Origin: an uncultured Alphaproteobacteria bacterium
GTDB lineage: Bacteria > Pseudomonadota > Alphaproteobacteria > VGEJ01
Direction of reading: 5' to 3'
NCBI GenBank assembly: GCA_964446055.1
Contig: CAYUNL010000008.1
Coordinates: 1-34,083 of the forward strand
Length of the DNA stretch: 34,083 nucleotides
Part shown: positions 1 through 10,020 of the stretch, in pieces
Position numbering within the stretch: position 1 is the stretch's first letter
Layout of the letters: every line of letters begins with the position of its first letter
The notes under the pieces: generated by a model
Databases searched by the model: none
The model's input: the letters and a program-made list of their open reading frames with translations, nothing else
Told to the model about the DNA's origin: nothing
Position numbers and translations under genes: made by a program

Positions 1-423
1 CTGCCGGTGCGGACCATCACCGCCACGGTACAGGATGCGGGCGAGGCCCCCTTCGCGGCGCTTCAATCGGGCGATGCGCTGTTCATCGATTCGAGCCACG
101 TGCTGATGCCGGGCTCGGACGTGGATTTCCTGTTGAACCGCGTCCTGCCTACCCTGCCCGCGGGCGCACTGGTCCATTTCCACGACATCTTCCTGCCCGA
201 GGACTACCCCGAGTCGTGGACCTGGCGCGGCTACAACGAACAAGCCGCCGTGGCCGCGCTGGTCGCTGGCAACGAGGCCTACGAGGTCCTGTTCGCGAGC
301 CGCTACGTCGCCACAACGATGGCCGATCGCCTAGCGGGGACAGTCCTCGCCCGCCTGCCGCTGATCGAAGGCGGCTTCGAAAACAGCCTGTGGCTACGGA
401 AGAAGTCCGCCACGCCCCGCTAA
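1..423 (+). CDS. class I SAM-dependent methyltransferase-fold protein, C-terminal fragment (5' end upstream of window)
   Basis: Frame 1 is open from nt 1 (LPVRT...), so the ORF-track Met at 7 is probably internal. Segment ...GDALFIDSSHVLMPGSDVDFLLNRVLPTLPAGALVHFHDIF... resembles the Methyltransf_24-type fold. Stop TAA at 421-423. Confidence 0.5.
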   Translation: MPVRTITATVQDAGEAPFAALQSGDALFIDSSHVLMPGSDVDFLLNRVLPTLPAGALVHFHDIFLPEDYPESWTWRGYNEQAAVAALVAGNEAYEVLFASRYVATTMADRLAGTVLARLPLIEGGFENSLWLRKKSATPR

Positions 424-490
424 GACGTCATCACCGGACATCGTCGCGTCGGGCAGAGCGCCGGAGCGGCCCTTCCAAGAATGGGTACGG

Positions 491-862
491 TCAAACATGC
501 TGGTCGATCAGAATCGGATTGCCGTCGGGATCGGACACCATGCAGCTCGCCGGTCCGGTTGTGGTCTCATCGGCTTCGCGCGCAAACTCGACGCCGTCCG
601 CCCTGAGCGCTCTTTGAATCTCCCTGACATCGGTGAAGGTGTCGAGAGTTTGTCCGGCATCGTCCCAGCCGGGATTGAACGTCAACGTGTTCTTCTCGAA
701 CATGCCCTGAAACAGGCCGATCACGCAGCTAGGGCACTTCATGATCAACCACCCCTGGCTTGAGTCACCGCCGACAACCTCGAATCCGAGTCTTGCGTAA
801 AACGCTCGCGAGATCGAGAGATCCTCGACAGCCAGGCCTAGCGAGAAGTTTCCTAGATCCAT
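491..862 (-). CDS. VOC (glyoxalase/bleomycin-resistance/dioxygenase) family protein
   Basis: 123-aa ORF. Typical VOC beginning (NFSLGLAVEDLSISRAFYARLGFEV) and ending (SDPDGNPILIDQ). ATG at 860-862. Confidence 0.75.
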   Translation of the reverse strand: MDLGNFSLGLAVEDLSISRAFYARLGFEVVGGDSSQGWLIMKCPSCVIGLFQGMFEKNTLTFNPGWDDAGQTLDTFTDVREIQRALRADGVEFAREADETTTGPASCMVSDPDGNPILIDQHV

Positions 863-971
863 TCTCTAGCTCCATCTTGTTCTGCAAGCCGATGCTGTCG
901 ATCGAAGGCGAACCGCAATCCAATCGGCCGTTTGGGTGGATGCGCGAGTCTCGCCCGCGCGGCGTAGCCGG

Positions 972-2150
972 TTACTTGTAGGGATCGGCGGCGTCGCGGA
1001 GGCCGTCGCCGAAGAAGTTTAGGGCCAGCACGATGATGATGACCGGGACCACCGGCAGTATGAGCCAGGGGTAGAGCGCGACGACGTTGATGTTCTGCGC
1101 CTCATTCAACAAGACGCCCCAGCTGGTGATCGGCGGGCGCAATCCCAGGCCCAGGAACGACAACGCGGTCTCGCCGAGGATCATCGAGGGGATCGAGAGC
1201 GTCGCCGAGGCGATCAGGTGGCTCATGAAGTTCGGCAACAGGTGGCGGCCGATGACCCGGCGGGGGCGCGCGCCCAACAAGACGGCGGCGGTGGCGAAGT
1301 CTTCCTCGCGGAGCGCCAGCAGCTTCGAGCGCACCGCGCGGGCGAGCCCGGTCCAATCCAGGAGCCCGAGGATCACGGTGATCCCGAGGTAGACCAGGAT
1401 CGGGCTCCAGGTAACCGGGAGCGCCGCCGAGAGCGCCATCCACAGCGGCAGCTCGGGGAAGGAGCGGATGATCTCGATCGAGCGCTGAACGACGTTGTCG
1501 ACCCAGCCGCCGTAGTAGCCGGCGAGCCCACCCAGCGTGATGCCCAAGAGAAAGCTGATGGTGATGCCGATCAGGCCAACGGTGAGCGAGATGCGGGTGC
1601 CGTAGATGATGCGCGAGAACATGTCGCGCCCCAGGCGGTCGGTGCCTAGCAGGAAGAAGGTCCCGCCCTCGGCCGGGCAGACGAGGTGGAAGTTGCCCTC
1701 GATGGCGCCCCAGAACGAAAACGTATCGCCGCTGCAGAAGTAGCGTAGCGGCTCGACCTTGGTGAGATCGGGCGTGTACTCGCGCTGCAGGTTCTCCATG
1801 TTGAGCTTGAAGGAGAATCCGTAGACGAACGGCCCGACGAACTCGCCCTCGTGGAACAGGTGGAGCGCTTGCGGCGGGGCGTAGATGAAGCCGGTGTGCC
1901 GGGTGTGCAGGTCGTAGGGCGCCACGAATTCGCTGATCAGGATCGAGGCGTACATGACGAGGATGATCACGCCCGAGATCACGGCAATGCGGTGGCGGCG
2001 CAGCTTCCACCACATCATCCGCCACTGCGAGGCCATGTAGAAGCGCTCCTGCTCGGGCGACATGGCCTCGATGGAGTGGGGATCGAAAGGCGCGGTGGAG
2101 ACGAAGTGTTCGAGCCGGTCCTCGCCGCCGGCGGCGGTGCGCTCGGTCAT
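972..2150 (-). CDS. ABC peptide/opine-type importer permease (OppC/DppC/YejE-like)
   Basis: C-terminal 392 aa of the 660-aa ORF. Start MTERT at ATG 2148-2150 forms an ATGA overlap with the upstream permease stop (2147-2149). Multi-TM protein with a BPD-transporter signature region (EDFATAAVLLGARPRRVIGRHLLPN). The upstream 268 aa of the track ORF is Arg/Pro-rich off-gene read-through. Confidence 0.85.
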   Translation of the reverse strand: MTERTAAGGEDRLEHFVSTAPFDPHSIEAMSPEQERFYMASQWRMMWWKLRRHRIAVISGVIILVMYASILISEFVAPYDLHTRHTGFIYAPPQALHLFHEGEFVGPFVYGFSFKLNMENLQREYTPDLTKVEPLRYFCSGDTFSFWGAIEGNFHLVCPAEGGTFFLLGTDRLGRDMFSRIIYGTRISLTVGLIGITISFLLGITLGGLAGYYGGWVDNVVQRSIEIIRSFPELPLWMALSAALPVTWSPILVYLGITVILGLLDWTGLARAVRSKLLALREEDFATAAVLLGARPRRVIGRHLLPNFMSHLIASATLSIPSMILGETALSFLGLGLRPPITSWGVLLNEAQNINVVALYPWLILPVVPVIIIVLALNFFGDGLRDAADPYK

Positions 2151-3172
2151 CGGAGTTCCCTGCCGCCGAGGCGAATCCGCGGATCGAGCGCGGCCAGCGC
2201 GACATCGGAGAGGAACATGCCGATGACCGTGAGGAAGGCGAGAAAGGCGAGGAACGAGCCTGCCAAGTACTGGTCTTGGGAACGCAGCGCCTGCAACAAC
2301 ATCGGCCCCGTGGTCGGCAGCGAGAGCACCACCGAGACGATGGCCGCGCCCGAAATCACCTGCGGCAACAGGTTTCCGATGTCGGCGATGAACGGGTTGA
2401 GCGCCATGCGCAAGGGGTACTTCACCAGCGCCCGGAACGGCGGCAACCCCTTGGCCCGGGCGGTGATGACGTATTGCTTCTGCAATTCGTCGAGGAGGTT
2501 CGCCCGCAGGCGCCGGATCATCCCCGCGGTGCCCGAAGTACCGATGACGATAACCGGAATCCACAAATGCTCGAGGACGGAGACGAACTTTCCCCAGGTC
2601 CACGAGGCATCGATGTAATCGGGGTCCATGAGCCCGCCGATCGAGGTTCCGAAGGTAACGTTGGCGAAGTACAAGAGCACCAACGCCAGCAGGAAATTCG
2701 GTGTCGCCAGGCCGAGAAAGCCGATGAAGGTCAGCGAGTGATCGCCCAGACTGTATTGGTGGGTGGCCGAATAGACGCCGATGGGAAAGGACACGAGCCA
2801 GGTAAAGATGATGGTGGTGAACGAGACCAGAAACGACAGAAACAGCCGGTCGCCCACGATATCGGCGACCGGCAGGCCGAATTCGAAGGAGTAGCCCATG
2901 TCGCCCTGCAGCAAGCCGGCGAAGCCGTTCCGTCCCGGCCACACCCCGAGCCACACCGCGTACTGCTCGATCATCGGCTTGTCGAAGCCGAACTGAGCGC
3001 GCAGAAACTCGATCTCGTCGAGTGCGGCGCTCTCGCCCTGGGACTGCAACTCGGCGACCTGGTTGGAGAGATAATCGCCCGGCGGCAGTTGAATGATGAC
3101 GAACGTGATCAGGCTGATCGCCAACAGCGTCGGGATCATGATGAGGACGCGACGGATCAGGTAGGCGAACAT
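2147..3172 (-). CDS. ABC peptide/opine-type importer permease (OppB/DppB/YejB-like)
   Basis: 341 aa. N-terminus MFAYLIRRVLIMIPTLLAISLITFVIIQLPPGDY is canonical for OppB/DppB-type permeases. Contains the motif QYVITARAKGLPP. ATG at 3170-3172. Confidence 0.9.
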   Translation of the reverse strand: MFAYLIRRVLIMIPTLLAISLITFVIIQLPPGDYLSNQVAELQSQGESAALDEIEFLRAQFGFDKPMIEQYAVWLGVWPGRNGFAGLLQGDMGYSFEFGLPVADIVGDRLFLSFLVSFTTIIFTWLVSFPIGVYSATHQYSLGDHSLTFIGFLGLATPNFLLALVLLYFANVTFGTSIGGLMDPDYIDASWTWGKFVSVLEHLWIPVIVIGTSGTAGMIRRLRANLLDELQKQYVITARAKGLPPFRALVKYPLRMALNPFIADIGNLLPQVISGAAIVSVVLSLPTTGPMLLQALRSQDQYLAGSFLAFLAFLTVIGMFLSDVALAALDPRIRLGGRELR

Positions 3173-3197
3173 TACCGCCGTCTCCGCCGGCCGCGGA

Positions 3198-5099
3198 CTA
3201 TTGGGGCTCGCCGAACCAGAAGGTGTCGGGCCGGTAAATCCCGAACTGGGCCCCGGGATCCCAGTTGTAGACCCCTTCGCGCGGCACGTTGCGAAGACGA
3301 TTGGCGACGACGATGGGCTGCATCACCCCGGCGACGATGCCGATCGTGAACATCTCGTCGGCGTGAATTTTCAGCATTCTCTGCCACACCGCCTCGTGCT
3401 CCGCCCGGGTGGCCGCGGCCAGCCAGTCCTCGTTCAACTCAGCAAGCTTGAGCGCCGCGGGCAGGTCCGGCGCCTCGCCCGCGGCGCCACTGGTCTCGAA
3501 GTACTGGCCCCACTTGGGCCATTGCAACGAGTGCTGCATGGTCGGCGCCAGCTCGGCCGGGCTCATGTCGGGCGTCGGCACTCCGTTTTCGAAGCCGCCC
3601 CAGATCGAAACTTGCGTCTCGCCGGAGAAGATTCGGTTGCGAAAGACCTCGCGCTGGGAGGGCTTGGAGAAGAGACGAACGCCAACCTCGGCCCAGCCGT
3701 CACGCACCAGCTCGAGGACGTCGGTTTGCTCGGTATCCTCGCCCGCAGTCTCGACGATGATGTCCATGGCCCGCCCGTCAGGCAACAGCCGCGTGCCGGC
3801 GCCGTCGCGTTCGGTCAGACCCATCTCGTCGAGGAGCCGGTTGGCGGCCTCAATGTCGTATTCAGTCCATGCCGTCTGATACTCATCCCGGAACAGCGGG
3901 CTTGCCGGCAGGACCGTGTTGTTCCCCTCGATGGCGAGCCCGTAGTAGAGCGTCTGGTTGATGAGACTGCGGTCGATGGCCAGCGACAAGGCGCGGCGGA
4001 AGCGAATGTCGCGGAAAACCTCGCGCCAAACCGGGTCGTTGATGTTGAGATTAGGGTAAAGGGCGAGATGGGCGCCCTTGGCCGTCCGCCACAGGTAGGT
4101 CGAGTATTCGTTCCGCTCTTCGTTCGCTTTGAGGAAGGTGAAGTTGTTGAAGAAGATGGCTCGCGACTGAAGGTCGGATTCGCCGGCGCCGGCCTTGGCC
4201 GGAATCAGCTTGCCATCGGCCACCGTCAGAACCACGCGGTCGATGTAGGGAAGCTGGCGACCGGTCTCGTCGACCCGGTGGTAGTAGGGGTTGCGCTCGG
4301 CGATGAAGCGGGTGGAGGGCAGAAACGTGGTGTTCCGCCATGGCTGTAAGGTCGGCAGGTCAGGATTGTCGAAGCGGTACATGTTGTCCACGCGATTGTG
4401 CATCGCCGCCCAGTTGCGCTCGCCGCCCTGGTCGGCCATCGCCGCAAGGTCCTCGGCCGCGGCGTACTCGAGGTGGAAGCGCTTCATGTAGTGGGCCGGG
4501 CGGTAGATGAAGAGCGGCGCGGCGCGCGCGAGCGCCGGCAGGAAGAACGGGTTCGGCCGCGGCCAGGTATAACGGACCGTGGTCTCGTCGATGACCTCGA
4601 AGGTCGGGGCCAGGCCGTCGATGAGCATGTCTTTGGGCGGGCCCGAGGGGGCGAGCTCGGGATTGTTGGCGACGTCCTCCCACCAGTAGCGGAAGTCCTC
4701 GGCGGTGAACGGCGCGCCGTCGGACCAGCGGTGGCCCTTGCGCAGCTTGAGGGTGAAGGCGCGCCGATCCTCGACCTCGACGGCGGCCAGGATGTCGGGC
4801 CGAATCTCGAAACTGCTGTCGTAACCGACGAGCCGTGCGTAGCCGTAGACGACCAAGAGCCGGACATCCTTGGCGCGGCCGACAAGCATTCGAAGATCGC
4901 CACCGTGGCGGCCCGGGGTCGCGACCCCGTCGTCGAAGGTGACGATGCGCGGCTCTTGCGGGACGCGTTCGCTCACCGGCGGGACCTCGCCCGCCGCGAC
5001 GGCCGCTTCGAACGTCGGCGTCTCGATGAGCTCCAGCGCCGCAGCGGGTCCCGCACCCAGCCCAAACGCCGTGACGGCGGCGGCGGCCCATCGCACCAT
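3198..5099 (-). CDS. ABC transporter substrate-binding protein, family 5 (peptide/nickel/opine type), secreted
   Basis: Start chosen at ATG 5097-5099 (MVRWAAAAVTAFGLGAGPAAALE..., a Sec-type signal peptide), 5 nt after the ATPase stop and preceded by GAGGG. 633 aa with typical family-5 SBP sequence (HRWSDGAPFTAEDFRYWWEDV...). Stop TAG at 3198-3200. Confidence 0.85.
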   Translation of the reverse strand: MVRWAAAAVTAFGLGAGPAAALELIETPTFEAAVAAGEVPPVSERVPQEPRIVTFDDGVATPGRHGGDLRMLVGRAKDVRLLVVYGYARLVGYDSSFEIRPDILAAVEVEDRRAFTLKLRKGHRWSDGAPFTAEDFRYWWEDVANNPELAPSGPPKDMLIDGLAPTFEVIDETTVRYTWPRPNPFFLPALARAAPLFIYRPAHYMKRFHLEYAAAEDLAAMADQGGERNWAAMHNRVDNMYRFDNPDLPTLQPWRNTTFLPSTRFIAERNPYYHRVDETGRQLPYIDRVVLTVADGKLIPAKAGAGESDLQSRAIFFNNFTFLKANEERNEYSTYLWRTAKGAHLALYPNLNINDPVWREVFRDIRFRRALSLAIDRSLINQTLYYGLAIEGNNTVLPASPLFRDEYQTAWTEYDIEAANRLLDEMGLTERDGAGTRLLPDGRAMDIIVETAGEDTEQTDVLELVRDGWAEVGVRLFSKPSQREVFRNRIFSGETQVSIWGGFENGVPTPDMSPAELAPTMQHSLQWPKWGQYFETSGAAGEAPDLPAALKLAELNEDWLAAATRAEHEAVWQRMLKIHADEMFTIGIVAGVMQPIVVANRLRNVPREGVYNWDPGAQFGIYRPDTFWFGEPQ

Positions 5100-5104
5100 C
5101 GCCC

Positions 5105-7000
5105 TCACGAGGCTCGAAGCTCTGCCGAGGCCGCGTTCCCCGCGGCGCGCACGAAATGCCCGCCGCCAAGGTCGAGCATGCTGAGCGTCGAGGTGCCGTT
5201 GACGGTGTAGGGGGCCGGCCACGCTGCGGGATCCGAGTGCCGCTCCAGCATCAGCGCGCTAAGGTCGAGACGGTCGTTGGGATCGGGCTTGGGAACCGCG
5301 GCCAGAAGCGCCTTGGTGTAGGGATGCGTCGGGTTGCGGAACAGGAGCTCGCGCGGCGCGTGCTCGACCAGGCGCCCGGCACACATGACGGCGATCGAAT
5401 CGGCGATGTAGTCGACCACCGCCAGGTTGTGCGAAATAAAGAGGTAGGTGAGCTCGAGCTGGTCTTGGAGGTCCTTGAGGAGGTTGAGGACCTGGGCCTG
5501 GATCGAAACGTCGAGCGCCGAGACCGGCTCATCGCAGATCAGGAGGTCCGGCTGCAGGGCGAGCGCGCGGGCGATGCCGATGCGCTGGCGCTGTCCACCA
5601 GAAAAGCTGTGCGGGTAGCGGCGTAGGTAACGGACATCCAGGCCGACAAGGTTCATGAGCTCCTTCACGCGCTCGGAACGCTCGCGCTCGGTGCCGACCC
5701 GGTGAATGACCAGCGGCTCGGAGATGATGTCGAAGACGGTCATACGCGGGTTCAGCGAACTGAAGGGATCCTGAAAAATATACTGGACCTTGTGACGGAA
5801 CGCGGTCAGCGCCTTGCCACGCAGGTTGAGGACATCGACGATGGTGCCGCGGTCGTTGAACTCCACCTCGCCCGAATCGGCGGCCACGGCGCGCATCACG
5901 ATCTTACTGGTGGTGGTCTTGCCACAGCCCGATTCGCCGACCAGCCCGAGGCATTCGCCGCGCCACACCTCGAAGCTCACGTCTTCGACCGCGGTCACCT
6001 CGCCACCGGGTCGACCGCCGAGCACCGAGCGCTTGCGGGTAGTGAAGCGCCTGGTCAGGCTGCGCACCGCCAGCAGTGGGGCGCGGCGGTCGGCGCCGGG
6101 CGGCCACGGCTGCTTGGCCTGCATCAACGGACCGCCCTCGGACTTGATCTCGCGAATCGGCACCAGCCGCTCGCCGGGCGCCATGTCGAACCGCGGCACC
6201 GCGTGCAGGAGCGCGCTGAGGTAGGGATGCTCGGCGTGGCGAAAGATGTCTTCGACCGTGCCGCGCTCCATGACGTTACCCTGATACATGACGACGACGT
6301 CGTCGGCCATGTTGGCGACCACCCCGAGATCGTGGGTGATCATCAGGATCGCCATCTTCAGCTCGGCCTGGAGCTCGTTCATGAGCTTCAGAAGCTGCGC
6401 CTGGATCGTGACGTCGAGGGCGGTGGTCGGCTCGTCGGCGATCAAAATCGCGGGGTGGCAAATCAGCGCCATCGCGATCATCGCCCGCTGGCGAAGCCCG
6501 CCCGAAAGCTCAAAGGGGTAGGTGTTCACGGCCTGTGTAGGGTCGGGGAATCCGACCATCCGCAGCATCTCGCACATCACCTCGAGCCCCTCGGCGCGGG
6601 GCGCGTCGTGGTGCAGGTAAAAGGCCTCGGAGATCTGGTTGCCGACCGTGTGCAACGGCGAGAGCGAGGTCATCGGCTCCTGGAAGATGATCGAGATACG
6701 GCGCCCCCTGATCCCGCGCATGGCGCGGCCGTCGACCGCAAGCGTGGCGATATCGACGACCGGTCCGGGATTCTTGGGGTCGCAGAAGTGGATCGACCCG
6801 CCGGCGATTCGCGCGACCTTCGGTAAGATCCCCATGATCGCCTGGCTGACCACCGACTTGCCCGAGCCCGACTCGCCCACCAAGGCCAGGGTCTTGCCCT
6901 CGGGGATGCGGAAGGAAACCCCGTCCACCGCCTTGATGAGCCCTTCGGGCAAGTCGAAGTGGACCTTGAGGTCCTTCACCTCCAAGACGTTGGCCATCAC
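5105..7000 (-). CDS. ABC transporter ATP-binding protein, fused duplicated ATPase (DppD/DppF-fusion, YejF-like)
   Basis: 631 aa with two complete NBDs. NBD1: [31 protein letters not shown]2: [28 protein letters not shown]. The start is GTG 6998-7000 (4-nt overlap with the upstream stop) or ATG 6995-6997 (1-nt overlap). Confidence 0.92.
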   Translation of the reverse strand: MMANVLEVKDLKVHFDLPEGLIKAVDGVSFRIPEGKTLALVGESGSGKSVVSQAIMGILPKVARIAGGSIHFCDPKNPGPVVDIATLAVDGRAMRGIRGRRISIIFQEPMTSLSPLHTVGNQISEAFYLHHDAPRAEGLEVMCEMLRMVGFPDPTQAVNTYPFELSGGLRQRAMIAMALICHPAILIADEPTTALDVTIQAQLLKLMNELQAELKMAILMITHDLGVVANMADDVVVMYQGNVMERGTVEDIFRHAEHPYLSALLHAVPRFDMAPGERLVPIREIKSEGGPLMQAKQPWPPGADRRAPLLAVRSLTRRFTTRKRSVLGGRPGGEVTAVEDVSFEVWRGECLGLVGESGCGKTTTSKIVMRAVAADSGEVEFNDRGTIVDVLNLRGKALTAFRHKVQYIFQDPFSSLNPRMTVFDIISEPLVIHRVGTERERSERVKELMNLVGLDVRYLRRYPHSFSGGQRQRIGIARALALQPDLLICDEPVSALDVSIQAQVLNLLKDLQDQLELTYLFISHNLAVVDYIADSIAVMCAGRLVEHAPRELLFRNPTHPYTKALLAAVPKPDPNDRLDLSALMLERHSDPAAWPAPYTVNGTSTLSMLDLGGGHFVRAAGNAASAELRAS

Positions 7001-7500
7001 GCGGCCTCGGAAGCGTGCCGCTGGCCCGACCGCGACCCGATCGCGGCCAGATTGGCACGGGTGCTCTCGTCGAGGCCGACGCCGCGCGCCCCTGCCTCAG
7101 CGATGACGCGCCCGGCGATCGATTCGAAGGCGTCCAGGTTCGATTCGAGCCGCAGCCCTACCCGGCCGCCACGCAGGCGTAGCTGCATCCAGCCTTTTGT
7201 GCGGTCGCGACGGGTCGAGAAATACCGGAGCTCCACCTTGGACAGCTCGGCCCACTCGATCGCGGCAGCGAACGGGCCCAGTGCCCGGATGCCGGTGCTG
7301 GTGAGCCGTATCGTGGTCAGATGACGGATCGCGGTGCGCGCCGCGAACAGCGCGAACAGCAGCGCCAGCGCGCCCATCACGTAGACCAGAACGGGAGCGG
7401 GATTGATCAAAGCCAGCGGGCCCGCGGTAATAAGGATGCCGGCACCGGCGCGAACGTAGTCGGGGGTGAGCGCGGCGGCGGTGTAGCGGTGCTCGCTCAT
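6997..7500 (-). CDS. small membrane protein of unknown function (two predicted N-terminal TM helices plus a soluble C-terminal domain)
   Basis: Start MSEHRYTAA at ATG 7498-7500, 5 nt after the deacetylase stop. Hydrophobic stretches GAGILITAGPLALI and VLVYVMGALALLFALFAA, followed by a charged soluble domain. The stop overlaps the ATPase start. Confidence 0.55.
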   Translation of the reverse strand: MSEHRYTAAALTPDYVRAGAGILITAGPLALINPAPVLVYVMGALALLFALFAARTAIRHLTTIRLTSTGIRALGPFAAAIEWAELSKVELRYFSTRRDRTKGWMQLRLRGGRVGLRLESNLDAFESIAGRVIAEAGARGVGLDESTRANLAAIGSRSGQRHASEAA

Positions 7501-7505
7501 AAGCC

Positions 7506-8285
7506 TTAGAGGGTAAAGATTTTCGCCAGCGATGGCCAGCGTACCGAGCCATGTCCGCGGGTGCGGGCGGCGAACTTGGCAAGGAACGCCCACGCCGCCT
7601 CGTCGTGCACGAGGTGATGGGTGAGGATACCGAGGGGGCGCGCCTCGGCAGCGCCGCGAAGCATCACCAGGCGCGCGACGATGGCCTCGAGCGCCGCCGC
7701 CTCGCCGACGAACGCCCTGCTCCCGCGCCAGTCGACAATGTCGACGTCGGCATCGCGGCGTTGCAGGCCGGCAACCGACAATGGCGCCACCGCCGATGCG
7801 GTGATGGTGCTAAGGCCGCGATAGCCGGCCCCGGGAAGCCGCGGGATCAGAGCGTCGGCGATGCGGTTCCACGGAGGCACCAGCACCGGCATCGCCCGCG
7901 CCCCGAAAAGCTCCACGGTCACCGACCAGGCGCGACCCAGCTCCTCGATCACGGCATCGGGGTCGCGGCCAGGCGGGAACTCGGCCTTCTTCTCGCCGGG
8001 CGGCGCGTGATTGTGGTGCGCATAGCCGTGCGGCACCGCGACCAGGCCCTCGGACGCCGCGGCGATTCGCGCGGCCAGCGCCGGTCCCGCGGCCGCGGGA
8101 ATGACTGCCAGGCAGAGCGGCAGCTCGGCCTCGCCCGTAAGATCGATCAAGCGCGCGAGCGCCGTCGTCGGCTCGGCGGCGTCGTCATCGCGCAACCAGA
8201 GATCGAGCGCGCGGCCCGCGCCGGCCCATGCATCGAGCTCTTCGGCGAGCGCTCGCCAACCTACCACGGCACCGCCTCGGCCCAC
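7506..8285 (-). CDS. polysaccharide deacetylase-like (NodB-homology/CE4-like) protein
   Basis: 259 aa. Motifs reminiscent of NodB motifs: LRDDD (cf. TFDDG), HGYAHHNH (His pair), LVPPWN (cf. RPP.G) and ILTHH. GTG start at 8283-8285 (alternative GTG at 8265-8267). Either start overlaps the 3' end of the upstream GT gene. Confidence 0.6.
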   Translation of the reverse strand: MGRGGAVVGWRALAEELDAWAGAGRALDLWLRDDDAAEPTTALARLIDLTGEAELPLCLAVIPAAAGPALAARIAAASEGLVAVPHGYAHHNHAPPGEKKAEFPPGRDPDAVIEELGRAWSVTVELFGARAMPVLVPPWNRIADALIPRLPGAGYRGLSTITASAVAPLSVAGLQRRDADVDIVDWRGSRAFVGEAAALEAIVARLVMLRGAAEARPLGILTHHLVHDEAAWAFLAKFAARTRGHGSVRWPSLAKIFTL

Positions 8286-9421
8286 TCCTCGACCAGCGCC
8301 GCGCTACGCTCGGCGCCGCCGGTATCCAGCTCGCCCGAGTGCCCAGGCGGGGCATCGATCGCCGTCTCGACGGCGGCGGCGAGCCTTGCGGGGGTCAGTG
8401 CGGCCTCGTCCAAGACGTGGATCGCGCCGCGCGCTTCGAGCGCCCTGGCGCGCAGCGTTTGCTCGGTCTCGATGCCGCCGGCGTAGGGAACGACGATGGC
8501 GCGCGCCCCGGCGTCGAGCAGCTCCATCACCGTGTTGTAGCCGCCTTGGCTGATCGACAGCGCGCAGTTCATGAGCAGGCTGGTAAAGTCGGCGCGGGCG
8601 CGCTCGACGACGACGCCATCGGGTGCCACGGCGCGCAGCGATTCGAAATCCGCCGCGCTGACCGAGACGCCGACGAGCACCCGCCACCGGCTCGATTTCA
8701 GCCGGGTCTTGGCGCGAGCGGCGATCGCGGTTTGCAAAAGCGCGAGCCCGACCGCGCCGCCGCCCGCCGAGACCACGACTTCGCCGTCGCCCGGGCTGCC
8801 GGGGCCGCCGCGCTTGCCGGTGCGGTCCACCACGTAGCCGGTGTAGGCGATCTTGCCGGCGATTCGGGCGGCGTGCGGAAACGTGCGCTCGAAGGGCACC
8901 AAGCTCGGATCGCCGTGGACCAGGACGCGGTCGAAGTAACCTTCGATGAGGCCGAGCATCTCGTCGTTGCGCCCGGGTTTGTGCTGGGCAACCAGGATAT
9001 CGCGGACCGACGAGGCGATGCATGGCCGGTGAGGGCCGGCGACCGCGGCATCGAGCAGGGGCACGATTTCGAAGCGTAATTGGCGGCGACCAAAGGGGAA
9101 GAGCTCGAACAGAAGTACATGAGGCCGATACTCGAGCCACGCCTTGTGCAGCGCCTCGCGGCGGCGCGCCCGCCACGAATCGTCGATGGCGGCATCGTTG
9201 TCATCGACCAGCACCTTGAAATAGAGATCGGTCGCGCGGGTCGGCGGCAGCTGAATGAACCGCGCCGAGGCAACGTCGAGGCCCGGGACATCGTGGCCGC
9301 CCGAGACCAGGGCGACGTCGAGCCCCGCCGCGGTAAAGGCGCGGGCAAGTGTGGCGGCGCGCCTGAGATGGCCGATCCCCAGCAGGTGCTGAACGTAGAA
9401 GAAGACCCGGCGGCGGCTCAT
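8261..9421 (-). CDS. glycosyltransferase, GT-B fold (GT28 C-terminal-domain/MurG-like; N-terminal GIGHLRR motif)
   Basis: 386 aa. N-terminus RRVFFYVQHLLGIGHLRR. C-terminal half has VVSAGGG...SISQGGYNTVMELL, typical of the MurG/UDP-glycosyltransferase C-domain. Paralog of 12456..13703. The ATG forms an ATGA overlap with the phosphatase stop. Confidence 0.75.
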   Translation of the reverse strand: MSRRRVFFYVQHLLGIGHLRRAATLARAFTAAGLDVALVSGGHDVPGLDVASARFIQLPPTRATDLYFKVLVDDNDAAIDDSWRARRREALHKAWLEYRPHVLLFELFPFGRRQLRFEIVPLLDAAVAGPHRPCIASSVRDILVAQHKPGRNDEMLGLIEGYFDRVLVHGDPSLVPFERTFPHAARIAGKIAYTGYVVDRTGKRGGPGSPGDGEVVVSAGGGAVGLALLQTAIAARAKTRLKSSRWRVLVGVSVSAADFESLRAVAPDGVVVERARADFTSLLMNCALSISQGGYNTVMELLDAGARAIVVPYAGGIETEQTLRARALEARGAIHVLDEAALTPARLAAAVETAIDAPPGHSGELDTGGAERSAALVEEWAEAVPW

Positions 9422-10020
9422 CGCGGCTCTCCGCGGCGAACCAATGGCTCGTTGAACCGCTCGGCTCGCACCTCACCCCCGCCATCGAGCACGAAGAGGT
9501 GGGCACACACCCACTCGAGCCGGACGGGTGGCCTTCCGATCATGTCCCAGCCCAGGGCAAGCGCGAAAACCGCACGGATCACCCCTTTGTGGGTGACCGC
9601 TACGGTTGGCGTTTTCGCCCGCCCGACTTCGCGTAGCCAGGGCGCCAGACGGGTTTGTACATCGCGTGGGCTTTCGCCGCGCGGCGGCGTGAAGTCGAGG
9701 CCACGGTCCTCGTTTTCGCGCATGGCAGGGCCCAACTCGTCGCGGAGCTCCGCCAGCGTCCGGCCCTCCCACGCCCCCCAGTCCATTTCGATCAGCCGCG
9801 GCTCGGTTCGCAGCTCATCGGCCCCAAGCAGCTGCGCGGTCTCGGTGGCGCGCCGGAGCGGGCTCGAAACCCACGCCGCGCCGTCCAGCCCAGGCGGCGG
9901 TCCGAGCCCTTCGAAGTCGCCTCGGCCGCGCCCGGAAAGCGGGATGTCGGCGCGGCCCTGAATACGTCCGGCCTGGTTCCACGCCGTGGCGCCGTGGCGG
10001 ATCAACCCCAGCAAGGTCAT
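9418..10020 (-). CDS. histidine phosphatase (phosphoglycerate-mutase-like) family protein
   Basis: Start MTLLGLIRHGAT at ATG 10018-10020 (ATGA overlap with the GT4 stop). Has the RHG catalytic motif and a second His in VTHKGVIRA. 200 aa. Confidence 0.8.
   Translation of the reverse strand: MTLLGLIRHGATAWNQAGRIQGRADIPLSGRGRGDFEGLGPPPGLDGAAWVSSPLRRATETAQLLGADELRTEPRLIEMDWGAWEGRTLAELRDELGPAMRENEDRGLDFTPPRGESPRDVQTRLAPWLREVGRAKTPTVAVTHKGVIRAVFALALGWDMIGRPPVRLEWVCAHLFVLDGGGEVRAERFNEPLVRRGEPR

Noticed and set aside
2151-2954. N-terminal 268 aa of the 660-aa track ORF (also 1102..2205 and 2276..3349 and similar long off-frame ORFs)
   Set aside because: These are Arg/Pro/His/Gly-rich stop-free read-throughs overlapping the well-supported OppB-like permease gene. 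The real permease start at 2150 is fixed by an ATGA overlap.
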